Virus record (IMG/VR): IMGVR_UViG_3300001199_000019
Coordinates: 1-42,157 of that record
Length of the DNA stretch: 42,157 bases
Direction: 5' to 3' (one strand)
Origin: a virus
The position numbers and the translations under genes are program-made. Below, in pieces: positions 17,261-25,422 of this stretch (its first letter is position 1; the number at the start of each line of letters is the position of its first letter). The notes under the pieces are model-generated. The model did no database searches, was not told the origin of the DNA, and saw only the letters and a program-made list of their open reading frames with translations.

Positions 17261-18154
17261 TTAACGACTGAGCGATGCGTTGAGATCGGCCAAGTTGGCG
17301 CGGCGCTGTGCCACATCCGTCCTGTCCGCATTGAGTTTGGCGATCAGACCGTTCATCGTGGCAACACCGTCCACGAGTCCCGCGCTGACCGCCTGCTGGC
17401 CGGTGAAAACGCGACCGTCGGCCATGTTCTGTAACACCATCTCCGTGTCCACGCCGCGCTGCTTGGCGACATCGCCCACGAAAACAGAATAGAGGTAATC
17501 CACCATGTCCTGGATGTACTGCTGGCCAGCCTCGGACAACGGCTTGTGGCTAGAGGCGATGCGTTTGTACTTGCCGGCGAAGATTTCGGTGGTCTTCATG
17601 CCGAGCATTTCCTCGCGCCGGGAATAATCCGTGTGGCTCGCGACCACGCCGATCGATCCCACCTGAGCGGTGTCGGAACCGATGAACACCTTGTCGGCGG
17701 CGCTGCCGATCCAGTAAGCCGCCGAGGCCATCATGCCGTCCACGTAGGTGACGATGGGTTTCTGCCCGCGGGCGCCGTGAATCAGTTGCGCCAGTTCCTG
17801 CGTGCCGTCCACGGTGCCGCCGGGCGAATCCACCTGCAGCAACAGCGAATGCACCGCCGGGTCGGCCAAAGCGGCGCGGATGTCGCGCCCGATGAGTTCG
17901 GTGCTGGCCCCGCCGCTGATCTGCGAGAACAGGTTCATACGCTTGCTGACGACGCCGTCGATCGGGATCACCGCCACGCCGTCAATGACCTCGTAACCCT
18001 GTTCCTTGTTCTGCAGCGGCTGGCCGAGCTTGGCCTCGATGCCTTTGATGTCGATCTTGTCGCCGCGCAGATGCGTGGCGTAGATCGCCTGAATCTCTTG
18101 CAACTTGTCGGGGACGATGGCCCAGGGAGAATTCAAAACATCAATCACGCGCAT
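17261..18154 (-). CDS. S49-family (SppA/ClpP-like) prohead protease
   Basis: 297 aa with VDSPGGTVDG and MMASAAYWIGSAADKVF blocks. It lies directly after the portal gene. Confidence 0.85.
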   Translation of the reverse strand: MRVIDVLNSPWAIVPDKLQEIQAIYATHLRGDKIDIKGIEAKLGQPLQNKEQGYEVIDGVAVIPIDGVVSKRMNLFSQISGGASTELIGRDIRAALADPAVHSLLLQVDSPGGTVDGTQELAQLIHGARGQKPIVTYVDGMMASAAYWIGSAADKVFIGSDTAQVGSIGVVASHTDYSRREEMLGMKTTEIFAGKYKRIASSHKPLSEAGQQYIQDMVDYLYSVFVGDVAKQRGVDTEMVLQNMADGRVFTGQQAVSAGLVDGVATMNGLIAKLNADRTDVAQRRANLADLNASLSR

Positions 18155-18198
18155 TAACGTAGCCCTGCTACGCGCAGCGCGCTCGCTCGTCTTGTCAT
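18154..18198 (-). CDS. conserved 14-codon mini-ORF, copy B (MTRRASALRVAGLR)
   Basis: A GGAG RBS lies within the portal 3' end. ATG at 18198. The TAA overlaps the protease ATG (TAATG). Confidence 0.5.
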   Translation of the reverse strand: MTRRASALRVAGLR

Positions 18199-18202
18199 AA
18201 AA

Positions 18203-19831
18203 TTAATTCTCCTCGGGCTTGTCCGGCGCATCGGCCGGGTTATCCATGGGCCGTGACGGCATCGTCGGCGCCGACACAACGACCGGTTCCAGTCCGCCGT
18301 CCTTGCGCGCCTTTTTTTCGCGCACAGCTTGGGCGTGTGTGTCTTCCCAATCACCGCCGTTGTAGTCGGCGATTTCCTGTTCTAGATTGGTGATACCGAT
18401 CTCGATGCGCGTCTGTGCGGCATTCGCCTCCTGCGCCGGCTGGATATGCCCCATCGGCACGCCGTACCAAGTCGCCATGCAGTACGCGCGACGGATGTAC
18501 GGGTCATCGAGGAACCCGGGCGCGCGCAGCAACCCGCGCGCGACGCACTCCATCAGAAACTCCTCATACACCGGCTGGCAAAACGAGCTCGCGAGCCATG
18601 CGCGTTTCTTGCGGTAGAAGCGCCAGGCCTCGAGCAGCGCGGCGCGGGCAGCGGAATATGACGCCGTAAAATGCTTGACCAGCACCTCGTATGGCAATTC
18701 AAGCGCCACGCCGATCTGCTCGGCGATGGCACGCACGAATCCGTCAAACGCCGTGTTCGGACGGCCCGGATTGGCGGTGTCGATCTCCTCGCCATCGGCC
18801 AGACCGATAATGGCGCCGTTACCGAGCTTATAGTCCGTGTCGGACGCGGAACCGCCAACCTCGGAGGTCGGCGACATCGCGGCCAGACCATCGGCACCGC
18901 TGCCATCCTTATTTTTAACGAACACCGTGAAATATCCGCTGACGACCGCGGCCATCAGTTCAGCGTCGGTATAATCCGAGATCATCTTCAGCGCCTCGAT
19001 CACCGGCGTGAAATACGGCACGCCGCGATTCTGGCCGGGGCGCAGCCGGGTGAAATGGTGCAGCACGTTGCGCCGGCCGGTCTGTTCGCCGAAGGCCGGG
19101 ACGGTAATCCATTCGCGGTTCTTGAGCGTGACCGCGCCCGGGTGAATCTTCAGGACATCGTAGGCGGTGGGCGAGCCGTTGACGTCAAGATGTACGCCGC
19201 CAGCGCACTCCAGCGTGTCTATCTTCCAGCCATCGTTGCAGACGCGCGCGCCTTCGATCAGCGTGACTTTGAGTCCGAACGGAGACCCGCGGCGCTCGAT
19301 GAACGGCAACATGGAAAACACGTCGCCGGATTCGAGCGAGGCGCGCAACACCAGGTCGCACAGGCCGTGAAAATTCTGCGTGCGCGTGGTGTCGCACTCG
19401 GGCGAATCCGCCCACATATTCCAGAAAAACTCGGCGTCCGCTTCCCAGGCTTCCGCCTCCGCGTCCGTCAGACCAAGAAATTCGCGGTCGATGTTGCTCT
19501 TGGCTTTTATCCAGGGACCGACCACCGACGTGCAGACGGTGTTGATCGCGCCGGCGGCCAGCGGCGAATTGCGGACCAAGTCGCTGGAGCGGTCGCGCAG
19601 GACCGCCAGGTCGGGCAGCAGGGCGGCATCCGCGCTCAGCTCCGCCGGTTTGAACGTGCTCAGGGAACGGCGCGTTCGCGAACCGCCGGTATAGCCGCCG
19701 ACGACCGCCAGCGTCATGCGCGCCCGATAACGCTGGGCGGCGCGCACCGGATCGGCCCAACGGATCGCCTTGTCGAGCAGATTCTCCGTAACGCTGAGGC
19801 GCCGGAGTTTTTCGTTGCCGGTGTCGCGCAT
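18203..19831 (-). CDS. portal protein, lambda family
   Basis: 542 aa. The size, position after gpW and sequence character match lambda gpB-type portals. Confidence 0.85.
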   Translation of the reverse strand: MRDTGNEKLRRLSVTENLLDKAIRWADPVRAAQRYRARMTLAVVGGYTGGSRTRRSLSTFKPAELSADAALLPDLAVLRDRSSDLVRNSPLAAGAINTVCTSVVGPWIKAKSNIDREFLGLTDAEAEAWEADAEFFWNMWADSPECDTTRTQNFHGLCDLVLRASLESGDVFSMLPFIERRGSPFGLKVTLIEGARVCNDGWKIDTLECAGGVHLDVNGSPTAYDVLKIHPGAVTLKNREWITVPAFGEQTGRRNVLHHFTRLRPGQNRGVPYFTPVIEALKMISDYTDAELMAAVVSGYFTVFVKNKDGSGADGLAAMSPTSEVGGSASDTDYKLGNGAIIGLADGEEIDTANPGRPNTAFDGFVRAIAEQIGVALELPYEVLVKHFTASYSAARAALLEAWRFYRKKRAWLASSFCQPVYEEFLMECVARGLLRAPGFLDDPYIRRAYCMATWYGVPMGHIQPAQEANAAQTRIEIGITNLEQEIADYNGGDWEDTHAQAVREKKARKDGGLEPVVVSAPTMPSRPMDNPADAPDKPEEN

Positions 19832-20052
19832 CAGCCGCGGGTGATCGTCGCGCCGCGCACGCTGATGCCGCCGCGGGTCAGGCGCTTGACCTGGTTGTCC
19901 CAGTATTCCACCTGTTTCTGTACCTCGCCCAAATTCGCGCGAGTAAGCGTGCGGCTGCCAATGCTGTAGCTTTGTCCGACCGCGATCTTGTCCATCGCCG
20001 CCAGCCAGGTAGTGAGCTTGGCTTCGGCCTGCTCCAGAGTAATGCCTGCCAT
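19831..20052 (-). CDS. head-tail joining protein gpW-like
   Basis: 73 aa. It begins MAGITLEQAEAKL and ends in a basic tail. It has a 1-nt stop/start overlap with the portal gene. Confidence 0.75.
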   Translation of the reverse strand: MAGITLEQAEAKLTTWLAAMDKIAVGQSYSIGSRTLTRANLGEVQKQVEYWDNQVKRLTRGGISVRGATITRG

Positions 20053-20091
20053 AAAGAATTTCTCCGGGTCTGGTTGTTACAGTTCCAAGGC

Positions 20092-20787
20092 CTAGTATCC
20101 CCGGCGCAAGCGCGCCGATATTTGCTTCTCGAAATTATTTCGCCAGGACCGCGCCACCACTCTCTCGACCACGGAATAAAACCGAAACCGCGTGCGGTAC
20201 TGCGGCTGCTTGACGAACACCAGCACCGGCACCACGCCACCGGCGCGACGGCGCCAGATGCCATTGGTGCCGTCGAGGATGGCGTGAAAATACTCCGTGC
20301 GCCGGTTGTGCGGCGTGCGCTGTAGCGGGTCGAAGTGCGCCCGCACCTGCGCGAGGATCTGTTGCATCTGCCCGCGACTCATATTGCCGTGGCTGTCGAT
20401 GCGCGCGCCGGCACCGGGCACGATGAACATATTCGCCGGCAAAATGCCGCGTGCGCGCAGTAGCTTCTCCGAGCGCTTGGCCGGCCGCGGGCCACCCTCG
20501 ATTTGTGGATTGAGGTAGGCATAGGCGTCCGTGGATTTGAACGCCTTGCCCTGCAAGTTGACTTCCGACACCAGTCGGAACGATCGCGCCTTCACCACCC
20601 ACGGCGCGTTGAGCGTCCAGCGCGTCGGACGATCGAAAACCTGCTTCATTTCTTCTTGCGCGACGCGCCGGCCCTCGAAGGCCGTATCGTTCAGTGCCGC
20701 CGCGGCGGCTTTCGGAACCACCTCGGAACCGATCAGGCGCAGTTGACGGATGGCGTCCTGCACATCGGCACGAACGCTGATCTCCAT
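20092..20787 (-). CDS. hypothetical virion-associated protein
   Basis: 231 aa. ATGA overlap with the csp stop. No family was recognised. Confidence 0.5.
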   Translation of the reverse strand: MEISVRADVQDAIRQLRLIGSEVVPKAAAAALNDTAFEGRRVAQEEMKQVFDRPTRWTLNAPWVVKARSFRLVSEVNLQGKAFKSTDAYAYLNPQIEGGPRPAKRSEKLLRARGILPANMFIVPGAGARIDSHGNMSRGQMQQILAQVRAHFDPLQRTPHNRRTEYFHAILDGTNGIWRRRAGGVVPVLVFVKQPQYRTRFRFYSVVERVVARSWRNNFEKQISARLRRGY

Positions 20788-20999
20788 CAGCCGCCCGCGA
20801 GCGGCGCGACGTGCGCTGCCTGCTGGCCTTTGGGGCCCTCGACGGTATCGAACTCGACGCGCGAACCATCCTTGAGCGTGCGGTAGCCCGTGCCGTCGAT
20901 TGCCGTGTAATGCACAAACACGTCCGCAGAGCCGTCCTCGGGTGTGATGAAGCCGAAACCCTTCTTGGCGTCGAACCACTTCACGATACCGGTGCGCAT
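20787..20999 (-). CDS. csp: cold-shock domain protein (CspA family)
   Basis: 70 aa. [34 protein letters not shown] carries the RNP1-like (KGFGFI) and RNP2-like (VFVHY) motifs. Confidence 0.9.
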   Translation of the reverse strand: MRTGIVKWFDAKKGFGFITPEDGSADVFVHYTAIDGTGYRTLKDGSRVEFDTVEGPKGQQAAHVAPLAGG

Positions 21000-21043
21000 T
21001 AATGTCGCCCTGCTACGCGCTGCGCGCTCGCTCGTCTGGACAT
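20999..21043 (-). CDS. conserved 14-codon mini-ORF, copy A ([14 protein letters not shown])
   Basis: A GAGGA RBS lies 8 nt upstream of the ATG at 21043. The TAA overlaps the csp ATG (TAATG). Confidence 0.5.
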   Translation of the reverse strand: MSRRASAQRVAGRH

Positions 21044-21057
21044 ATGAATTTCCTCGG

Positions 21058-21085
21058 CAAATAAAAAGCCCGCACGGAGGCGGGC
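21058..21085 (-). terminator. rho-independent terminator t2 (second of a tandem pair)
   Basis: On the minus strand: GCCCGC-CTCCGT-GCGGGC followed by TTTTTATTTG. Confidence 0.75.
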
Positions 21086-21086
21086 A

Positions 21087-21113
21087 TAAAAAAACCCGGC
21101 ACGGGGCCGGGTT
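21087..21113 (-). terminator. rho-independent terminator t1 (first of a tandem pair)
   Basis: On the minus strand: CCCGGC-CCCGT-GCCGGG followed by TTTTTTT. Confidence 0.8.
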
Positions 21114-21161
21114 CGGTTTGGGTGCGGGCGCAGTTCCTTTGGGGGACACTACGACCAGCGT
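21087..21161 (-). ncRNA. putative short terminated leader transcript (lambda 6S/PR'-type)
   Basis: Inferred from the promoter at 21168..21196 and terminator t1 about 75 nt downstream. No ORF lies in between. Confidence 0.35.
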
Positions 21162-21167
21162 GGCGAA

Positions 21168-21196
21168 ATTAGAACTAAAAACCGTACGGCTGTCAA
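21168..21196 (-). promoter_or_regulatory. late promoter candidate (PR'-like): TTGACA-N17-TCTAAT
   Basis: The -35 hexamer is exact consensus, the spacer is 17 nt, and the -10 matches 5 of 6. The TGA of the Q-like gene lies inside the -35 hexamer. Confidence 0.65.
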
Positions 21197-21843
21197 TACC
21201 CTCTCGGCATTTTTTTGAAAAGAATTTGATCGATATTCACGTAGGCCGCACGCAGCGTTTTCTCGTAGAAACTTTGCGACACCCGGAGCTGCTGCGCCTT
21301 GGTCTCCTGAGTACCGTTCCAGAAGTATTCGCGGACGACCACACGGTTCATCCAGAACGTCTGGTCGCGCTCACGCCAGCCGGTGATGAGGTCGTCGAGA
21401 ATCAGCGACTGGCTGTCGCCGGCACCGGCGCCGACGGAAAAACGGGTGCCACGGATGCCGGTGGGATTCACCTTGAGTTGGATCACCTGCACCGTCCCCG
21501 TGCCCTTGCAGCGGTAGCAATAGTCGCCGGAAAATTTTTTGCTGCCTTCGCATATCGGACACACCCGCGTAACCGTGCGCTGGATGGCCGTGAGCTTCAA
21601 CAACAGCCGGCCAGTGCCGCGACAGTCCGGGCACCAGGGGTCGTGCCCGCGTCCGGCCTGCGCGTCCTCGATCCAACCCGGGCAGACGTTCGAGCGCGCG
21701 CCCTGCATCAACCGGCCAGTGAGGGAAATACCGCCGGCGCGGCTGCCGCTGCACCATCGCGCCCAGGACTCGCACGCGCCCTTGACGTAGGGCAAGTCGC
21801 GGATACCGGGTTGTTTCCAGTCCATGACAAAGTTCGATTTCAC
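21193..21843 (-). CDS. Q82-type late antiterminator candidate
   Basis: 216 aa. GTG start with a GAGGAG RBS. CxxCxGxG-type zinc motifs ([24 protein letters not shown]) resemble the remembered CRDCHGTG / CGRCKGVG of E. coli prophage Q82-type proteins. A promoter plus terminators lie immediately downstream. Confidence 0.55.
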   Translation of the reverse strand: MKSNFVMDWKQPGIRDLPYVKGACESWARWCSGSRAGGISLTGRLMQGARSNVCPGWIEDAQAGRGHDPWCPDCRGTGRLLLKLTAIQRTVTRVCPICEGSKKFSGDYCYRCKGTGTVQVIQLKVNPTGIRGTRFSVGAGAGDSQSLILDDLITGWRERDQTFWMNRVVVREYFWNGTQETKAQQLRVSQSFYEKTLRAAYVNIDQILFKKMPRGY

Positions 21844-21871
21844 GTCGTGATCTCCTCTGTGTGTCGCGGCG

Positions 21872-23887
21872 TCATTGTTTCCATCGGTTCACGAATCCGA
21901 CGCCCTTACTGATAACACGGCGGCGGGATTTATCGGGCGGCAGCGGCGGCGTGGTGGCCGGCGCCGGCGCGCCCGGCTCCACCGGCAATGCTTCCGGCGG
22001 CTCCAGCAGCTGCTCGAGGTACTGCCAGTCGCGCGGGCGCATGGCGTGCACGCGCACCTCGGGGTGGTACGCCGCCGCGGCGCCGTACACCCACAGGTCG
22101 AGCGCCTCGTTGCGACGGTTGCGCAGCTTCACCCACTTGTTTTTTTCGGGATCGAAGCGTTCGGCGGTGAGCTGGATGTAGTAATCCTCCGGCAGGTCCT
22201 TCGAGAAGTGCACCAGGCGCGCGGCCGGGTCCTGCCCGGCGTCGCTCTTGAGGCGATCGAACAGCAGCGACTTGGCGGTGTCGGTGCCGACCATCCAGAG
22301 CATCACGCCGTTTTTGATGACCTTGCCGCGCCAGTTCACGTCCTGCGGCTGCGGCCGGCCGGCGAGGATCGGCTTGCCTGGCGCGTTCGCGCCCTTCACG
22401 GCCATTAGCCGGCGCGGGCGGCGCGCCTGCGGCAGCTGCTTGGCGGCGCGCACGAAGTTGTAGACCTCCTGCGTGTGGTGGCCGCCGGTGTCGATCGCCA
22501 CGCTTTCGATGCGCAGTTCCTTGCCGAAGCGGTTGGCGAACCGCGCGACCAGGTAATCCGCGAGCGGGCCCTCGCCGCGCGCGGCGGCATCCAAAAGCCG
22601 CGCCGGGTCGCCGGGGATGACCAGGTGGTCGAGTGTCCAGGTCCGGCGCCCGCGTCCGTGGCCGAACAGCCCGACCTCGAGGCGGTCGCCCTGCACGTCG
22701 ATCGCGGCGGTGAGGACGAGGCAGCCGGGCGGGATCTCGCGCAGGCCGTAGGCCTCGGCACGGTCGGCGAGCGCCTTGTCGCTCAGCGTTCCGTCGCGGT
22801 CTTCCCAGGGTTCGCCGAGCACGGTGTTGATGAACACCTTGAGCTTGGTGCGGTCGCCCTGGGCCGCGAGCCAATCGGCCACCATCTCGTGCCAGCGCAG
22901 CCCGAGGCCGATGGGCGCGTAGAGACTGTTGAGGTGGTAGCTGCGCGCGGTACGGTGCGGGTACTTCGGAATCCAGCGGCCGTGTTCCAGCATCCACGGT
23001 TTGTGGTGCTCGTCGATTTCGCTGCCGCAATGGCCGCAGACGTACACCACGTCGCGCGGCTGCTTGGTGGCGGGGTCGATGGACCACTTGAGCTGGCCGT
23101 GGTGCGGCTCCTCCGGGTTCGCGGTCCAGTGCAGCACCAACAGCTCGTGGCAGTGCGGGCACGGCACGTGGTAGCGGCGCTGGTCGCCGGCCAGATACAG
23201 CGCTTCGATGCGCGAGGCGTCCTTGATCGTGGGCGAGGAGACGTTCAGTTCCTTGCGCCGCGGGAACGTGCGCTGGCGCGCGCGGATCAGTTCCAGCGGG
23301 TCGCCCTCCTCGCCGACCTCCCACGGGAAGCGGTCGATCTCGTCGTTCACCACGTACTTGATCGGCATCGAGGCGAGCGAGGCCGGCGAGTTCGCGCCGC
23401 CGATGATGATCAGGCCGCCGGGGTAATCCTTCATGCCCTCGGTGTTGGCCGCGGCGCGTTTGCGCTTGGCGTCGAACACCTCCGCCAGCCGCGCGGTCTC
23501 GGTGAGCATGGGGTCGAGGCGCTGTTTCACCCAGCGCTCGCGCACGTCGAGCGTCGGCACCACCACGAGCATCGGCGCCGGCGCGTGGTCGGCGACGTAG
23601 CCGGTCCAGTTGAGCGCAATCTCGGTGCCGGTAATCTGCGACGCCTTCATGAACGACACCGAGCGCACCGGCGATTCCACCGACAGGCAGTCCATGATTT
23701 CGCGCGCGAACGGCACGCGCGCCGTGCGCCACGCGCTCGCCTCGCTCGATGCCTTGGTCGTGAGCACGCGGTGTGCGTCCGCCCACTGGCTGACCGTCAG
23801 CCGCTTGCGCGGCCGGCACGCCGCCGCCATCGCGCCGAGGAACAGCGCGCGGCCGGAGGGACGGGCAGTGGGTTGGGCGGCGGTCAT
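21872..23887 (-). CDS. terL: terminase large subunit, GpA family
   Basis: About 671 aa. The size and blocks such as VVPTLDVRERWVKQRLDPM and VVNDEIDRFP are typical of lambda GpA-type terminases. ATGA overlap with the DUF4031 stop. Confidence 0.9.
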   Translation of the reverse strand: MTAAQPTARPSGRALFLGAMAAACRPRKRLTVSQWADAHRVLTTKASSEASAWRTARVPFAREIMDCLSVESPVRSVSFMKASQITGTEIALNWTGYVADHAPAPMLVVVPTLDVRERWVKQRLDPMLTETARLAEVFDAKRKRAAANTEGMKDYPGGLIIIGGANSPASLASMPIKYVVNDEIDRFPWEVGEEGDPLELIRARQRTFPRRKELNVSSPTIKDASRIEALYLAGDQRRYHVPCPHCHELLVLHWTANPEEPHHGQLKWSIDPATKQPRDVVYVCGHCGSEIDEHHKPWMLEHGRWIPKYPHRTARSYHLNSLYAPIGLGLRWHEMVADWLAAQGDRTKLKVFINTVLGEPWEDRDGTLSDKALADRAEAYGLREIPPGCLVLTAAIDVQGDRLEVGLFGHGRGRRTWTLDHLVIPGDPARLLDAAARGEGPLADYLVARFANRFGKELRIESVAIDTGGHHTQEVYNFVRAAKQLPQARRPRRLMAVKGANAPGKPILAGRPQPQDVNWRGKVIKNGVMLWMVGTDTAKSLLFDRLKSDAGQDPAARLVHFSKDLPEDYYIQLTAERFDPEKNKWVKLRNRRNEALDLWVYGAAAAYHPEVRVHAMRPRDWQYLEQLLEPPEALPVEPGAPAPATTPPLPPDKSRRRVISKGVGFVNRWKQ

Positions 23888-24150
23888 GTGCTGGCCTTTG
23901 TCTTTCTGTGGCATCTGATTATTTCGACGAGTTCGCGCCGGCCAATCTCGATCGCACCGTACCGCACCGCGAGCGCGCGCTTCGATTTGCAGATGTCATA
24001 GTGCGGCGCGGTCGAATCCATCTGGAAATGTCGTCGCGCCACGCCGATCTGGTCGGCCATGGCGTGCAGCTCGTCGAGCGTGTCGGCGAGCATGTGGCAC
24101 ATGACCATACGACCGAACGGGTACGCTGATTTATCGACGTAGACGCTCAT
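23884..24150 (-). CDS. DUF4031-like protein
   Basis: 88 aa. The VYVDK...MCHMLADTLDELHAMADQIGV...PHYDI pattern is typical of DUF4031. Confidence 0.6.
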   Translation of the reverse strand: MSVYVDKSAYPFGRMVMCHMLADTLDELHAMADQIGVARRHFQMDSTAPHYDICKSKRALAVRYGAIEIGRRELVEIIRCHRKTKAST

Positions 24151-24162
24151 CGTTTGCAAACA

Positions 24163-24507
24163 TCAGTTCCCGACTTCCTCGAATACCATCACCAGTTGCC
24201 GCGCCTGCTCGGCCTTACGCTCGGACTTTTCGCTGTCCTCGATCATGCGCGTCGCGATGAAGGCGCGGATCACCGACGGCTCGACGCCGGACTTCTCGGC
24301 CACGGCCGCGATCTTCTCCTTGAACACTGTGCGCGACGCGCGCATCAGCTCGTAGGCGTTTTCGAGTTCCTTGAGTCCGTCACGCAGCGGCTTGAGTTTC
24401 ACCACTGCGCTCTGTTCCGGTACGGGCTCACTCTTCGTCTTGGTGCTACTGACTGGCTGCGTTTCCATGGTCGCCTCCTTGGGCGGATTGGGTGAAGCAG
24501 TGTTCAT
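24163..24507 (-). CDS. hypothetical protein (possible GapR/DUF2312-like DNA binder)
   Basis: 114 aa. The helical C-terminal half (KEKIAAVAEKSGVEPSVIRAFIATRM) gives only a weak resemblance. Confidence 0.45.
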   Translation of the reverse strand: MNTASPNPPKEATMETQPVSSTKTKSEPVPEQSAVVKLKPLRDGLKELENAYELMRASRTVFKEKIAAVAEKSGVEPSVIRAFIATRMIEDSEKSERKAEQARQLVMVFEEVGN

Positions 24508-24761
24508 TTAAGTGCCCTCAATCTTGGCGCGGTACCGATGAACCCAGTGCCAACACCACCATCGGGATTCGCCTGCACGCGTACTCCGAGATTTTCGAGT
24601 GCACGCAGGTGATCGACCTCGACCTTAGCCGAATCGATCACCACCTTCGCGACGCCGGCAATGGCCTTGGCCCGTTCAATGTCCATCGGTTTTTCCTTGT
24701 CCTTCAACGATTCGATCGTCTCGAACAGGTGATCACGCAGATCTTCGATTCGGTTTTTCAT
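24504..24761 (-). CDS. hypothetical protein
   Basis: 85 aa ORF. ATGA overlap with the downstream gene. Confidence 0.45.
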   Translation of the reverse strand: MKNRIEDLRDHLFETIESLKDKEKPMDIERAKAIAGVAKVVIDSAKVEVDHLRALENLGVRVQANPDGGVGTGFIGTAPRLRALK

Positions 24762-25422
24762 CTTTCATTCTCCGGTTGATTTGACGCACGAGGGCGCCGC
24801 GCAGTTGGATCAGGCGACCGATCTCTTTCGGGTATCGGTTGTGATACGTGTTGAGGCGCATTCGTTCAGCCCAGTTGAGCAGCATAAGGTTGTCGAGCCG
24901 AATATCGCGTTTGTCCCCATTGAGAAAGCACACCATGTACCCGCGCGGGATCGGTCCATAGTTTTCCTCCCACAGCAAGATGTGCACACCGCGCCAGTCG
25001 CGCGGCGGATAGCCGGTGTCGCTGATCTTGCGGTCAAGATAGCCGTCGGCGTTGATGCGTTCGGTACCGATCGGTTTCCACGTGTGCGATTTCCGGCCCT
25101 TCTTGAACTGTGTCTCGGCCATGCGCCCTGGCGCGTAGCCTGGCCGACGTAGGCCTTTGTTCGCTGGCACATGTCCCTTTTGGAAGCGGCACGCGGCTCC
25201 GACATTGTCGCCACGACGGAGCCGACAAGCCGCCGGACTGGCGAGATAGGCCGCGCTTTTCTTAAGGCCGAGGACAGAGGCTTTGTTATAAACTTGCTCG
25301 ATCCGCCGACCCAACAATGCCGCAATTTCTGTAGTCGGCGTATTGGGATACAGACGCTTCAGTGTCTCCAGCTCGGCGGGTGACGACCACGGGTGACGCC
25401 GCTTGTATTTCCTGCATTTCAT
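24733..25422 (-). CDS. HNH_3-like endonuclease-family protein (motif possibly degenerate)
   Basis: 229 aa. HILLWEENYGPIPRGYMVCFLNGDKRDIRLDNL resembles the HNH_3 core, but Phe sits where the motif His is expected. ATGA overlap with the terS-like stop. Confidence 0.65.
   Translation of the reverse strand: MKCRKYKRRHPWSSPAELETLKRLYPNTPTTEIAALLGRRIEQVYNKASVLGLKKSAAYLASPAACRLRRGDNVGAACRFQKGHVPANKGLRRPGYAPGRMAETQFKKGRKSHTWKPIGTERINADGYLDRKISDTGYPPRDWRGVHILLWEENYGPIPRGYMVCFLNGDKRDIRLDNLMLLNWAERMRLNTYHNRYPKEIGRLIQLRGALVRQINRRMKDEKPNRRSA

Noticed and set aside
15855-17264. 469-aa ORF on the plus strand, antisense to the decoration and scaffold genes.
   Set aside because: Same reasoning: a GC-driven open frame with Gly/Arg/Asp/His-rich low-complexity translation.
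21930-23819. 629-aa alternative-frame ORF on the minus strand inside the large terminase gene.
   Set aside because: The translation is extremely Arg/Ala/Pro/Gly-rich. The GpA-like frame 21872-23887 has clear terminase blocks.
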